A DNA stretch of 64,000 bases from Kiritimatiellia bacterium (GCA_050949565.1 JBMNFY010000007.1:160001-224000); one strand, 5' to 3'. Shown: positions 9,086-19,351, counted from the stretch's first letter. Numbers and translations: made by a program. The notes: generated by a model not told the origin, from the letters alone.

Positions 9086-9914
9086 CGATCCGCTGATCGT
9101 CTGGACGCGGTTCGGCAAAATCGAAGACCGTTAACCGGTCATCCAGAAATACGGCCGTTCCGCGCGTGCCTGAAATCTCGAGACGCTTTGGATAACCCGG
9201 CCAGGTTGCAGTGCTGCCATGGATGATCCCCAACGCGCCGCCTTTGAAGCGTAACGCCGCACAAGCTACATCCTCCACCTCCAGCCCAGTGTGACCGATC
9301 GCGGCCGTCATGCCGCAGACTTCCTCGATTGGCGGCAGAAGGTCGCATAATATGTCAATCATGTGGATGCCTTGGTTCATCAAAGCACCTCCCCCATCCA
9401 ATGCCTGCGTTCCGTGCCAAGCGGAATCGTGGTAATAGGCATCGGCTCGCCACCATGGAATATAGACGCCCGCTGACGTAATCCTGCCAAAACGTCCTTC
9501 ACGCAACGCCGCCCGTAGCGGTTCTAGCGCGGGCGTGTAGCGGATTTGGAAGGTGCAGCCCAAAGCCGTGCCCGCCTCTCGGTGCGCGGCGATCATCGCG
9601 TCGACTCGCTCCAATGTCACCTCCAGGGGCTTTTCGCACAAGACATGCTTGCCGGCGCGCGCGGCGGCGACCGCGGCTTCACAGTGAGCGCCGGACGGCG
9701 TGGCGATCAGCAGGATATCCACTTCAGGCAAGGCCAACATCGCTGTCAGATCCGCATAAGCGGCACACCCGAACTCAGCCGCGAATGCTTCAGCACGCGA
9801 CAGTTGCCTGCTGCAAACTGCCACCAGTCGCGCACCGATGGCCTGGACGGCGCGCGCATGCACGCGCGCGATCATCCCTGTCCCTGCAATCGCAAAACCG
9901 ATCTTTCGTCCCAT
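8871..9914 (-). CDS. Gfo/Idh/MocA-family oxidoreductase
   Basis: GTGMIA, ATPSGAH, HVLCEKP, GGGALMNQGIHMID. Confidence 0.92.
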   Translation of the reverse strand: MGRKIGFAIAGTGMIARVHARAVQAIGARLVAVCSRQLSRAEAFAAEFGCAAYADLTAMLALPEVDILLIATPSGAHCEAAVAAARAGKHVLCEKPLEVTLERVDAMIAAHREAGTALGCTFQIRYTPALEPLRAALREGRFGRITSAGVYIPWWRADAYYHDSAWHGTQALDGGGALMNQGIHMIDILCDLLPPIEEVCGMTAAIGHTGLEVEDVACAALRFKGGALGIIHGSTATWPGYPKRLEISGTRGTAVFLDDRLTVFDFAEPRPDDQRIVSTGVAPACGAADPTAAMTDDLHAACFRDFVQAVETRTPFRIDGVSARRSVATILAIYESARTGRTVQVEG

Positions 9915-10111
9915 CGCTCCCCCCACCTTCTCGTTTCTTGCGTGCGCCCACTGCGCATAACATGTGGACACTTTACCTATGATCCGTTCCATCGTCAAAT
10001 CAATCACTGTTTAATCTCCACTCTTTGCTGCTTGACCCCCTACCCGTTGAAGCGTACCATACGGGTTGTTTGAAGCTTTACTTTAATCAAACTGTGGAGG
10101 AAGAGTCGGAT

Positions 10112-10840
10112 ATGAAGAACGTGAAGAAATTGTTTGTGCTCACTTTAGCCGCGGCTGGATTCGTCGGCTGTTCAACAACCACCACCTGTCCGGATACGGA
10201 CGGCAAAAAAGCGGATGTGCGTCCTACCCCGGCGGCAGTCGTGTCGCGGCCGGCCTACAGCACGCTGGGCCTGGAACAGAAGATTCAACGGATTACCGAG
10301 GAGCTGCGGGTAATCGGTGTCGCGATGCAAAAGTACTCCTGGGATCACGAAGGCAAGTTCCCGCCCCGCCTTTCTCACCTCGTAACGAAGGGCTACCTGC
10401 CGGCCAGCGCTCTTGTGTCCAGTGCCGACCCGACAGGCGGCAAGGAGGGCGGCGTGCCGGACGCTTACAGCGAGTGGGGGCAGGCCAAAGAGACCGACGA
10501 GCCGGGGTGCAGTTATCTGTACGAGTTTAGCGAAGCCGTTTGTGAATGGGATTGGAAAAGCTATCTGGGCGGCAAACCGAGCCTGTCGGATATCGACACC
10601 AACCGCGACGGTAAGGTTACTTGGGCGGAGGCAAAGAGCTGGCAGCTTGCGCATGGCGACACCACCCAGCAGCCGTCCAACCGTGCCTACTCCAAGAACC
10701 GTTTCCCGATCGTGCGCTGCTATTGGCTCGACTACCCCAACGCCGGTGCCAACCCGGAAAGCCGCTGCACCGTCAACCTGTCAGTCGATCTCCAGACTGT
10801 TTTCGTGTCGAAACCCTGGTGGGAAAAAGACACGCCTTAA
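10112..10840 (+). CDS. Lipoprotein with pseudopilin-like helix and EF-hand-like loop
   Basis: RBS GGAGG, lipobox FVGC, LRVIGVAMQKY..DHEGKFP..L..LV..GYL, DTNRDGKVTWAE. Confidence 0.7.
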   Translation: MKNVKKLFVLTLAAAGFVGCSTTTTCPDTDGKKADVRPTPAAVVSRPAYSTLGLEQKIQRITEELRVIGVAMQKYSWDHEGKFPPRLSHLVTKGYLPASALVSSADPTGGKEGGVPDAYSEWGQAKETDEPGCSYLYEFSEAVCEWDWKSYLGGKPSLSDIDTNRDGKVTWAEAKSWQLAHGDTTQQPSNRAYSKNRFPIVRCYWLDYPNAGANPESRCTVNLSVDLQTVFVSKPWWEKDTP

Positions 10841-10847
10841 GGTCACA

Positions 10848-11603
10848 TCACGGATAGTTCTGCCCGGTCGGCCGGATCATGATCTCGCTGACATGGACGT
10901 GCGGCGGTTGCGCCAGCAACCACGACACGCTGTTGGCGATATCCTGCGGCTCCAGCACCCTGCCGTAGGTTTCCACGGTCTTGCCAAAGTTTTCGCGCGT
11001 GTACCCCGCCACCTGCTGGAAACCGCTCTCCACAATACCCGGCATCACAGTCGTGACACGCACGCCGCTTGCGCACACCTCGCGGCGCAGCGCCTCGGCA
11101 AGCGCAGAGGCGGCGAATTTGCTTGAGCCATAAAAACCGCTGAACGGCGAGACGTTACGTCCCGCTACGGAACTGAGCACCACGATGTCGCCGCTCCCTT
11201 GTTGTGACAAATACCGACCGGTCTGCCGCAACAGATGCGCCGTTCCCAACACGTTCGTCTGATACAGCTCCTGCCACTGGGAGTTATCACTAGTGGTTAT
11301 ACCGCCCGCCAGCCCGCGCCCTGCATTGGCGATTACAATTGAATACGCGCTGCCGCCCTCCTGCCAAGCCAACACCGCCTCCAGCAGCGCATCGATCGCC
11401 GATGCCTGCCCGGCGTCGCCCGCGACAATCAGGGCACGTCCCCCACCCTGCCGGATCTCATCGGCCACCTCCCGCAAGAGCGCTTCGCGTCGCGCGTGAA
11501 GCGCGACCGCCGCCCCTTGGCGGGCCAATGTCAGTGCAATAGCCCGTCCGATACCTGAACTTGCCCCGGTTACAATCGCCGTCTTTCCTTGAAATGGTTT
11601 CAT
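10848..11603 (-). CDS. SDR-family oxidoreductase
   Basis: TGASSGIG, NAG, YGSSK catalytic motif. Confidence 0.93.
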   Translation of the reverse strand: MKPFQGKTAIVTGASSGIGRAIALTLARQGAAVALHARREALLREVADEIRQGGGRALIVAGDAGQASAIDALLEAVLAWQEGGSAYSIVIANAGRGLAGGITTSDNSQWQELYQTNVLGTAHLLRQTGRYLSQQGSGDIVVLSSVAGRNVSPFSGFYGSSKFAASALAEALRREVCASGVRVTTVMPGIVESGFQQVAGYTRENFGKTVETYGRVLEPQDIANSVSWLLAQPPHVHVSEIMIRPTGQNYP

Positions 11604-11708
11604 CTGTGCTCCTTATCACGCCGCGCCACAACGCGCGGGGCGGGTTATCATTTAGACTTGCGTTCAGGGTAGCACCCTCCCCTTCTCGACGACAAGCCTA
11701 AAGCGCCC

Positions 11709-12671
11709 TCAGCCCAGCGCCACAGTCAACCAGAGCGGGATCGTGACAAGACAGAGCACGTGCGTTGCTAGAACCGCTGCTGCGGAAAACTCAGCATCGC
11801 AATCAAACGCTTCGGCCATCGTCACACTGGCCATGGCTGCCGGCTGCACCGCTATCAGGATCAACACGCGTCGCACTTCAGACGACATCGGCACGACCAG
11901 CAATCCGGCTATACATAAGGCTGGAATAACTGCCAGCCGCAAAAGGCAGGTGCCGGCCATCAGCGGCGACAGGATGCGGCCGGGGTGCAGCATTGCAATA
12001 CGGGCACCACAGATCAAGGCCGATGTCGGAATTGTCGCACTGCCCATCATCTGGCAGGTGTCGAGTATCGTTTCGAATAAGGAGTGACAGATCGTGCCGT
12101 CTTGCGGTAGCAGAACGCACGCCGTCAATTGCGAGCGCAGCACGAGAATGATGATCGACGCCAGCAACGCCAGCATCGGCACGCTGACCAGATTACGCAG
12201 GAAGCGCCGATCCAGCTTCTGGCCGGTCAGTGCTTTGACGCCCAATGTCCAGACGCACAGCTCGGCACCCAGACTGGAAAAGATCACCAGTGCCACCGCC
12301 ATCTCACCCCACAACGACGCCGCGATCAAAATCGGCAGAAAGGAGTAGTTATTCGCCATGCAGATGAAGTGATAGCACCGTCGCGTGCCCTCCGTATGAT
12401 GGCGAAGCAACGGCAGCGTGACACGTCCAATCAGCCAGCCCGTCACAAAGATGAATGCCGCGCCAGCCGGTATCATCCAGTTTTGAAGCAACGAATCCCA
12501 TGTGAAAGACCGTACGATGGAACTGACGATCAAGCACGGATAAAACACGTTCACCAGCACCAGTGACAGTTGACGGTTGAATGCCGCGTCAATCACTCGG
12601 TGCTTGCTGAGCATGTAGCCCGCCAGCGTCATCAACACCAGCGGGAGCATCTTGATGAAAAGGGTCAGCAT
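11709..12671 (-). CDS. AEC (auxin efflux carrier)-family transporter
   Basis: About 10 hydrophobic segments, VNVFYPCLI, NNYSFLP, LLRLAVIP, VTIPLW; the longer in-frame start lies in a REP. Confidence 0.85.
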   Translation of the reverse strand: MLTLFIKMLPLVLMTLAGYMLSKHRVIDAAFNRQLSLVLVNVFYPCLIVSSIVRSFTWDSLLQNWMIPAGAAFIFVTGWLIGRVTLPLLRHHTEGTRRCYHFICMANNYSFLPILIAASLWGEMAVALVIFSSLGAELCVWTLGVKALTGQKLDRRFLRNLVSVPMLALLASIIILVLRSQLTACVLLPQDGTICHSLFETILDTCQMMGSATIPTSALICGARIAMLHPGRILSPLMAGTCLLRLAVIPALCIAGLLVVPMSSEVRRVLILIAVQPAAMASVTMAEAFDCDAEFSAAAVLATHVLCLVTIPLWLTVALG

Positions 12672-12685
12672 AATCGTTGGCGGCT

Positions 12686-12750
12686 CCTGCTTGCAGGTGT
12701 GGGCACGGGCATCTTGCCCGTGTTTCATGGGCGGGACGCCCATGTCACGA
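12686..12750 (-). repeat. REP doublet family A, copy 2 (between hydG and the AEC gene)
   Basis: Reverse complement TCGTGACATGGGCGTCCCGCCCATGAAACACGGGCAAGATGCCCGTGCCCACACCTGCAAGCAGG. Confidence 0.9.
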
Positions 12751-12770
12751 TGGAAGCAAGAACCGCGTTA

Positions 12771-14321
12771 TTAGAAAAAGAGATCTCGTTCGCCATTGCA
12801 GATACGATCATAATGCGCTTTGACCGTCGGATAGAATTTGGGCAGCGTCGCTTCAATCGCCGCCAGTTCCCGTTCCAGAAGCGGCTCGCAAAGCGCACGT
12901 GTCGCATCACTGGCGAAATCGTCCAGCCACTCGCGGAAAGTCAGCACCGCATTGATCTTGCAAAACTTGCCCTCTTTGCCGGTTTTGAGCGCGTCCATGA
13001 TGCAACCGCCAGTACGGCCGCAGCGGTACCCTGCCGTGCAGAATGAGGTGATGATCCCCTCCCCCGCCAGATGCGCAATCAACTCTTCCAACGTGCGTGT
13101 GTCGGAAAGCACAAATTGCTGACGGTCTTTTTCCTGATACGTCTCGCTTGCGAAATCACTGTAACCTTTGATCGCGATATTGCTGCTCGCGTCCATCTGC
13201 GTGACGCCGCAGCGCACAAAGGCGTTGCGCGACTCCGGTCGCTCGCGGCAGGTCACGATCATGCCGGTATACGGCACGGAGAGCCGTGTGATGACCAAGA
13301 TACGGTGGAAGGTGTCGTCATCCACCAGATACGGCGAAGTGGTCGGCAAGTCGGTTCCACTGGCCGGTTCTAGGCGCGGGAACGAGATCGTGTGCGGCCC
13401 GATGCCGAACTGGCGTTCCAAATCGCGCGCGTGGTAGAGCGAGGCCATCAGCTCGAACTTCCAGTCATAGAGCCCGTACAGCACCCCCATGCCCACGTCA
13501 TCGACGCCCGCCTCCAGGCAACGGTGGAAACAGGTCGTGCGCCAATCGTAATCGCCTTTCACCGTGCCGGCCGGATGCAACCGCGCATAGGTTTCACGGT
13601 GGTAAGTCTCCTGGAAAACCTGGAAGGTGCCGATCCCGACCTGCTTGAGCACACGCAGGTCTTCGACCGGTAGCGGCGCCGCGTTGACATTCACGCGGCG
13701 GATGCCGACCGGCGTGCCTTTCGGCGATTTGACCGGATGGTTGTAGATGGTACGGATGGTCTCCGCAAAATAATCGGTCGACGTATCCGGATGTTCACCG
13801 TAAACCGCGATCAGCCGCTTATGACCGATCTTGCCGGCCAGCACGTCGATTTCCTGACGCACCTCATCCATGTCGAGCACGCGACGTTTTTGATCTTCGT
13901 TGCCACAACGGAATCCACAGTACGTGCAGCGGTTGACGCACAGGTTGCTCATGTAGAGCGGTGCGAACATCACGATCCGGTTGTCATACACCGCGAGCTT
14001 GACTGCCAGCGCCGTCTCCTCCATCTCTTGCAGCAGGTCAGGATCGGTCACATGAATCAAAGTGGCGGTTTCCTCCGGCAGCAACGTCTCGATGGCACGG
14101 GACTTGGCGAGGATTTCACGCACGCGCACCGCGTCATTTGCGGGCTGATCGGCCGCCGCCGACAGGTTGCGCATGATTTTTGCGTCATCAATAAAATGTT
14201 TGCCGCCCGGCAGATATTTGTCGATTTGTTCGCGGATCACGAAACGCTTGCGATAATCGGCGGCATTGGTGAAGTGACGGATGCCCGGACTGGGTGTTGT
14301 GGCTGTAGCTGTTGTTGACAT
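12771..14321 (-). CDS. hydG: [FeFe]-hydrogenase H-cluster radical SAM maturase HydG
   Basis: FAPLYMSNLCVNRCTYC, FQETYH, GPHTISFPR, C-terminal CTAGYRC-X19-C auxiliary cluster motif. Confidence 0.9.
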   Translation of the reverse strand: MSTTATATTPSPGIRHFTNAADYRKRFVIREQIDKYLPGGKHFIDDAKIMRNLSAAADQPANDAVRVREILAKSRAIETLLPEETATLIHVTDPDLLQEMEETALAVKLAVYDNRIVMFAPLYMSNLCVNRCTYCGFRCGNEDQKRRVLDMDEVRQEIDVLAGKIGHKRLIAVYGEHPDTSTDYFAETIRTIYNHPVKSPKGTPVGIRRVNVNAAPLPVEDLRVLKQVGIGTFQVFQETYHRETYARLHPAGTVKGDYDWRTTCFHRCLEAGVDDVGMGVLYGLYDWKFELMASLYHARDLERQFGIGPHTISFPRLEPASGTDLPTTSPYLVDDDTFHRILVITRLSVPYTGMIVTCRERPESRNAFVRCGVTQMDASSNIAIKGYSDFASETYQEKDRQQFVLSDTRTLEELIAHLAGEGIITSFCTAGYRCGRTGGCIMDALKTGKEGKFCKINAVLTFREWLDDFASDATRALCEPLLERELAAIEATLPKFYPTVKAHYDRICNGERDLFF

Positions 14322-14516
14322 GGCACGCTCCTCGTTATGTGCGGCGGTAAGCGTGCGAAGCTGTCGTCCATACGCTTACGCGAACAACGGCCCACAGGCA
14401 CTCTCGTCCATCCTTGGGTCAGAGCCTCGCTCCTCCACCGCAGAAAGAAAACGGCGTGAATATACGTGATTCGCGTTGCTGTTTCAAGTGCTTTGCATAA
14501 TTTTTTCATTTTGTCC

Positions 14517-14729
14517 TTGCCTATAAGAACAGAATGCCATTATTATACCCCTATAACTGGTTTTCGGTTTTCTTCGGGGTCCCTCGCCTTTTGCGTAACG
14601 CAGGTGATGCATACGGCGAGGTTCCGGGGCATGATGACATGCCCGTTGCAGCAGAACGGGCCATGGGTTTTGGTGCAACCGGCGCAAACAACAACATGGC
14701 TGGACAGTGGAAACACAAGGAACGCAGGC
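14517..14729 (+). promoter_or_regulatory. Candidate sigma70 promoter and structured 5' leader of the RRM gene
   Basis: TTGCCT-18 nt-TATTAT (14517-14546); stems CCTCGCC/GGCGAGG, GCCCGTT/AACGGGC, GCCATG/CATGGC. Confidence 0.5.
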
Positions 14730-15032
14730 ATGGACATCTATGTTGGCAACCTTCCGTACTCAACGACAGACGACGACCTGAGAGGTCTTTTCGCGGCACA
14801 TGGTGAGGTTGCCTCGGCGCGTGTCGTTATCGACCGGATGACGGGCCGGTCGAAAGGGTTTGGGTTCGTCGAAATGGCGGACCGGGCTCAAGCTCAACAA
14901 GCGATCGACGCGCTGAACGGTTACGAGGTCGAGGGGCGCAAGCTGCGCGTCAACGAATCGCAGCCGAGGCCGCCACGCGAAGACCGTGGCGGCGGATTTC
15001 GCGGACGCGACCGCGGTGGTAGCCGCTGGTAG
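14730..15032 (+). CDS. RRM (RNP-1) RNA-binding protein with Gly/Arg tail
   Basis: IYVGNLPY (RNP2), SKGFGFVEM (RNP1), LRVNES, RGGG tail. Confidence 0.96.
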   Translation: MDIYVGNLPYSTTDDDLRGLFAAHGEVASARVVIDRMTGRSKGFGFVEMADRAQAQQAIDALNGYEVEGRKLRVNESQPRPPREDRGGGFRGRDRGGSRW

Positions 15033-15056
15033 TTCAGCAAACGAAACTATCGCTCT

Positions 15057-15090
15057 AAGGCGGCACCTCTGCGGAAGAAGCCGCCTTTTT
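15057..15090 (+). terminator. Intrinsic terminator after the RRM gene
   Basis: AAGGCGGC...GCCGCCTT stem followed by a T run. Confidence 0.65.
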
Positions 15091-17182
15091 ACTGTTGCGG
15101 CGGCGGATAGGCCAGAAAGAGTGCCCGGCACATTTCGCAGGTCACGTCGGTCTGCAGGAGCGTGCCGTATGATTCTGGATATATGGCAGTCAGTTCAATG
15201 AGCAGCCCGAAGCGTCCGCGTGCACCTGTATTTTGCAGCGTTGGGCGTGGGCTGTCGGAATAGACACGCTCCAAAAGGTAACACGAGGCAAACGTTTCGT
15301 CGTTCTGCCGCAGCAGATGCCGTCCGCGTAGTCGCTCATTGGTGATCCGTTGCAATTCCCATGCCTTCAGTTCATTGTCGGGATGTGCGCTAAAGGCATG
15401 GAATGCCAATTTGTTGTCGTTGGCCCCCGAATTGCCGTGGAAGTCGAGCAGGCAGAAAAGCGCGGGGTCGCTCACGATCTTTCGGTACACGCGCGCCTCG
15501 GGTTCACTGAACGGCGCCGTTCCCTTCCAGTCAAAATCATTCGGCCCGTACACGCCGTCTTTGTTGCTGTCGCGTCCCGAGAACCGCTCCCACTCGAAGT
15601 CGCCTTGCCGGTTGAGATCCACACCCCGCGCGTTGTGACGCCGCATTTTCTCGTACCCGTATGGGTTCAGCAACGGTAGGATTTTGATCCGCACGCGTTC
15701 CAAATCCACCACGTCGCGAAGTCGGCCTTCCGCCAGTCGCCGCGCAAAAGTGATCAGCCCATAGCCCGGCTCCCACTCGGCACCATGCGCAGCCGCATAG
15801 AGGAAGTAGAGAGGCGCATCGGGTTTTCCCAGATTCAAGCTCCAGATCCGGTTTCCGTCTGAGGCCTCCCCTTCTTCCTCAAGGCGGATCACATTGGGAT
15901 AGGCCTGCGCCAGCCGCCGCATCTCCTCGACCACGCCCTCGTAACTCAAGCGCTTCTCATAATACTCCCCAAAGCGGACCGGATTGCCTAACGCACCGCT
16001 CACGGGGGTAAAGGCGTAGTAGGCATCCACATGCCGGCAGTACGGCTCGCGCAATGAAAGCAGATCGCAAGCGGTGATCGCGCCCTTTCCGACCGGCTGC
16101 CTGACTAATCCCGGCTCGCCGCCCGGCGCCACCGCCAGCACTTCGATCCCCGGCCATGCGCTGCTTTCCGACGGCAGAACGGCCAGCTTGCCGTCCGGCC
16201 ATCCCGCGCGCGGCATGATCTGTCCGAGGCGGAAACCGGCCGTCGCATCTCCCTCTTTGACGACGCGCAAACCAGCCGCCATGCGCGCCTGCCAGGACAA
16301 ACCGGCGGCGACACCCCCTACTTCGGCCATCCGGGCCTCTACACCCCGACTCCGGGCAAACGCCCGCATGTCCATGAATACCCGGCCGCCAGCTTGGGCG
16401 AATCGGTTGAGTTCAGGCACGAGCGCCGGCGGCAGGTTACCCTGATAGAGCACCAGAGCCCCGGCGGCGTTCGACAGCGCGGCAGCCGGATCTTTCGTGT
16501 TTAGGATTAGCCCCTCTTCAAACAGGACGCGCGCGCGTTGGATCACGACATTCGTTGCCGACAAATCCGTGAACAGTGCGATTCGCGGCGGCGGCACTCG
16601 CGGCACCGGTGCTCGCTTGACGGTCAGCGCCACATCATCAAACATCACACGGCCCGCGCCGTTACGCGTCTGCAGATAGACCATGACGTAGGTTGTTCGA
16701 TCCGGAATCTGAGTCCGCAATCTGACTTGTGTCCAGTCACATGCACCGAAAATCGGTCGTGATGTCGGCTGCGATAGTATCCCATCCTCGGTGTCCATGC
16801 AGTAGAGCTGAAGGGTCGTCACGGCGTTAGTATCTAACTCCGACCGGATCCACGCCGCAAGTTCTACGAGGCTACCGGCCTCAACAGAGATCGACCGGTC
16901 ATGCCCTTGGCGCAGGCGCGTATAGGCGGGAACCGCATTTTCCAACACGGCCCCCGCCCCGCTGCGTCCCCCCTCCCCTACCCGATACAACTTGCGCGCT
17001 GCATCTTCAGGCGTGCGTTTTTGCCAGACTGGCTCCAACGCCTCTTCAAACCCGGGGTTCCGCAACAGGTTGCCAGCCAGCGCAACCGATGCAAAACCTG
17101 CCAGCAACCACGCACACATCTCCCTCGCCCATCTGCAAGCCACGATCATGAGTATCCTCTCCTTACACGCGCTATAACTCAC
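15089..17182 (-). CDS. Secreted M14 zinc carboxypeptidase-family protein with N-terminal CBM4/9-like domain
   Basis: Signal peptide, NLLRNPGFE, HGAE, RHNARGVDLNR, LDFHG; start uncertain. Confidence 0.8.
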   Translation of the reverse strand: MSYSACKERILMIVACRWAREMCAWLLAGFASVALAGNLLRNPGFEEALEPVWQKRTPEDAARKLYRVGEGGRSGAGAVLENAVPAYTRLRQGHDRSISVEAGSLVELAAWIRSELDTNAVTTLQLYCMDTEDGILSQPTSRPIFGACDWTQVRLRTQIPDRTTYVMVYLQTRNGAGRVMFDDVALTVKRAPVPRVPPPRIALFTDLSATNVVIQRARVLFEEGLILNTKDPAAALSNAAGALVLYQGNLPPALVPELNRFAQAGGRVFMDMRAFARSRGVEARMAEVGGVAAGLSWQARMAAGLRVVKEGDATAGFRLGQIMPRAGWPDGKLAVLPSESSAWPGIEVLAVAPGGEPGLVRQPVGKGAITACDLLSLREPYCRHVDAYYAFTPVSGALGNPVRFGEYYEKRLSYEGVVEEMRRLAQAYPNVIRLEEEGEASDGNRIWSLNLGKPDAPLYFLYAAAHGAEWEPGYGLITFARRLAEGRLRDVVDLERVRIKILPLLNPYGYEKMRRHNARGVDLNRQGDFEWERFSGRDSNKDGVYGPNDFDWKGTAPFSEPEARVYRKIVSDPALFCLLDFHGNSGANDNKLAFHAFSAHPDNELKAWELQRITNERLRGRHLLRQNDETFASCYLLERVYSDSPRPTLQNTGARGRFGLLIELTAIYPESYGTLLQTDVTCEMCRALFLAYPPPQQ

Positions 17183-17269
17183 CCAGCACGAGTATTATGA
17201 CACTCAGGAATACGTTGTTCAAGCTCTAGCCCTAGGCGCGTTCGGATACACGTGCTTCGATCGAACGAA

Positions 17270-18700
17270 TTATTTGCAAAGCGTGTAGAGCACGCCTGCG
17301 ACCACCGCCGAACCGATCACGCCTGAGACGTTCGGCCCCATAGCGTGCATCAGCAGGTAGTTGTCAGGATCGGACTCCAGACCGACCTTGTTGGACACGC
17401 GCGCCGCCATCGGCACCGCCGAGACGCCGGCCGAACCGATCAAGGGGTTGATCGGATCCTTGCAGAACTTGTTCATCAGACGACCCATCCAGCAACCACC
17501 GGCCGTACCAAAGCTGAAGGCGATCAACCCCAAGATCAAAATGCCCAACGTTTCTGGATTCAGGAACTTTTCGCAGGCCAACTTGGAGCCGACCGCAAGC
17601 CCCAGCATGATCGTCACGATGTTGATCAAGGCGTTCGCCATGGTGTCGGCGATACGCGCCACACTGGGGCCAACCTCGCGCGCTAGGTTGCCGAGCATCA
17701 ATGCGCCAATCAGCGGCACCGCGCTGGGCAACAGCAATGCGCAGAGCAACAGCACGGTCAACGGGAAGCAGACCTTCTCCATCTTCGAGACGTGACGGAG
17801 TTGCTTCATCACGATCTTGCGTTCACTTTCAGGGACGATCGCCTTCATGATCGGCGGCTGGATGATCGGCACCAGCGCCATGTACGAGTAGGCCGCCACC
17901 GCGACCGCCCCTAGCAGGTGCGGGGCCAACTTGGTCGTCAGCCAGATGGCAGTCGGGCCATCCGCGCCGCCGATGATACCGATTGACGAAGCTTCTTTCA
18001 GTCCGAAGTTGATGTGCTCGGGGAAGATCATCGAGAGGCAGAGCGCGCCCAGCAGCGCGACGAAAATGCCAAGCTGCGCGGCCGCACCCAGCAACGCCGT
18101 ACGCGGGTTGGCGATCAGCGGACCAAAGTCGGTCATCGCGCCCACACCCATGAAGATGATGATCGGGAAGAGGCCGGTGTTGACGCCGAACTCGAAGAAG
18201 TAATAGAGGGATCCGCCGGGTTCGAGCACCAGCTTCGTAGCCGCATCCACCAGCGGCGGCGCGGTGACATTCGCGAACGGCATGTTGGCCAGCAGGCCAC
18301 CGAAGCCGATCGGCAACAGCAGCAGCGGCTCGAACTCTTTGACGATCGCCAAATAGAGCAGCACAAGGCAAACAAGGATCATGACCGCCTGCCCCAGCCC
18401 GTACGGCATCCCGAAGATGACCTTCACCGCCTGCCCCGGCATGTGGGCACCCGACGGCGTCAGGTAACCTTCAGTCACATATTTAGGCGGATCTTTGGCG
18501 AGAAACCCTTTGATCCCGGTATCATCCTTGAGTTGCTTCACTTTGCGGACCATCGTCCGCCAATCGTCGCCCGTGGCAGTCTGAGCGACCGCACCGTCAG
18601 CCGTCGCAACCGGTGCCGCAGGCTGCGCCCCGGCATCTGCCGAAAACGCCGAACCGGCAAGCACCACCACACACACCATCATCGTATAGAGAAATTTCAT
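17270..18700 (-). CDS. oadB: Na+-translocating decarboxylase beta subunit (downstream copy)
   Basis: [54 protein letters not shown]. Confidence 0.95.
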   Translation of the reverse strand: MKFLYTMMVCVVVLAGSAFSADAGAQPAAPVATADGAVAQTATGDDWRTMVRKVKQLKDDTGIKGFLAKDPPKYVTEGYLTPSGAHMPGQAVKVIFGMPYGLGQAVMILVCLVLLYLAIVKEFEPLLLLPIGFGGLLANMPFANVTAPPLVDAATKLVLEPGGSLYYFFEFGVNTGLFPIIIFMGVGAMTDFGPLIANPRTALLGAAAQLGIFVALLGALCLSMIFPEHINFGLKEASSIGIIGGADGPTAIWLTTKLAPHLLGAVAVAAYSYMALVPIIQPPIMKAIVPESERKIVMKQLRHVSKMEKVCFPLTVLLLCALLLPSAVPLIGALMLGNLAREVGPSVARIADTMANALINIVTIMLGLAVGSKLACEKFLNPETLGILILGLIAFSFGTAGGCWMGRLMNKFCKDPINPLIGSAGVSAVPMAARVSNKVGLESDPDNYLLMHAMGPNVSGVIGSAVVAGVLYTLCK

Positions 18701-18722
18701 ACAGCAATCCTTTCATTCATCC

Positions 18723-19176
18723 TTACGCCAAGAGAGCCAGCAGGTCGTCGGTATTGACCTTGTCACCGACATTCACATACACCGCAGCGACACTTCCGGC
18801 ACGCGGAGCATGTACCGGGGTTTCCATCTTCATGACATCCAGAACGATCAGAACGTCATCTTGTGCCACGGCATCGCCGGGCTTGACTTCCACGCGCAGC
18901 ACCGCGCCCGGCAACACTGCGCGGATCTCTTCCTGTTCGGTTGCGTCAGCGGCGACGACCGGCGCCGCGGCGGCGGCCGCTGGCGCGCTTGGCTTTCTGG
19001 CGCGCGGTGCGCGTCTTCTTTTTAGGCTCCTCATCCGGCAGGATGTGGTTAAAACGGGGAATAATCACAGCAAAACGGTTCATCACCCAAACCATGAGGG
19101 CGAGGAACACATAAACAATGCCCATGCCTGCAACCAGCAGGACGAGGCCTTGCATCAAGGTGTTAGTGTTGACCAT
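18723..19176 (-). CDS. OadG-like membrane anchor fused to a biotin carboxyl carrier domain, split by a one-base frameshift near 19000-19025
   Basis: N-terminal part GMGIVYVFLALMV..RFNHILPDEEPKK matches the oadG at 23254; C-terminal part has an Ala/Pro linker and DVMKME biotin motif in the +1 frame, with no clear RBS of its own. Confidence 0.75.
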
Positions 19177-19351
19177 ATACGACTCCTGGGGCCAGTGCCC
19201 CCTTCTACGAATGACAAAAAGGGAAAGGAAACTGAACAAACGTGACCGCACGCGAAACGGCGGCAGATTAAGACACCGTCCACAAAACGGGGTCACAAGA
19301 AAAAGAGACTGAGCGTCGAATCTAGGTACTGAACGCTTAAGTCATATCGAA

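Noticed and set aside
12672-12743. N-terminal extension MGVPPMKHGQDARA on the AEC transporter
   Set aside because: It is the REP read in frame; the hydrophobic protein starts at 12671 behind a GGAG RBS
12771-14321. ThiH (thiazole synthesis) assignment
   Set aside because: The C-terminal auxiliary Fe-S cysteine motif and length fit HydG; no thi genes are nearby
14466-14729. 88-aa N-terminal extension of the RRM protein
   Set aside because: The RRM fold starts at MDIYVGNL (14730) with an AAGGA RBS; the upstream sequence looks like promoter and leader
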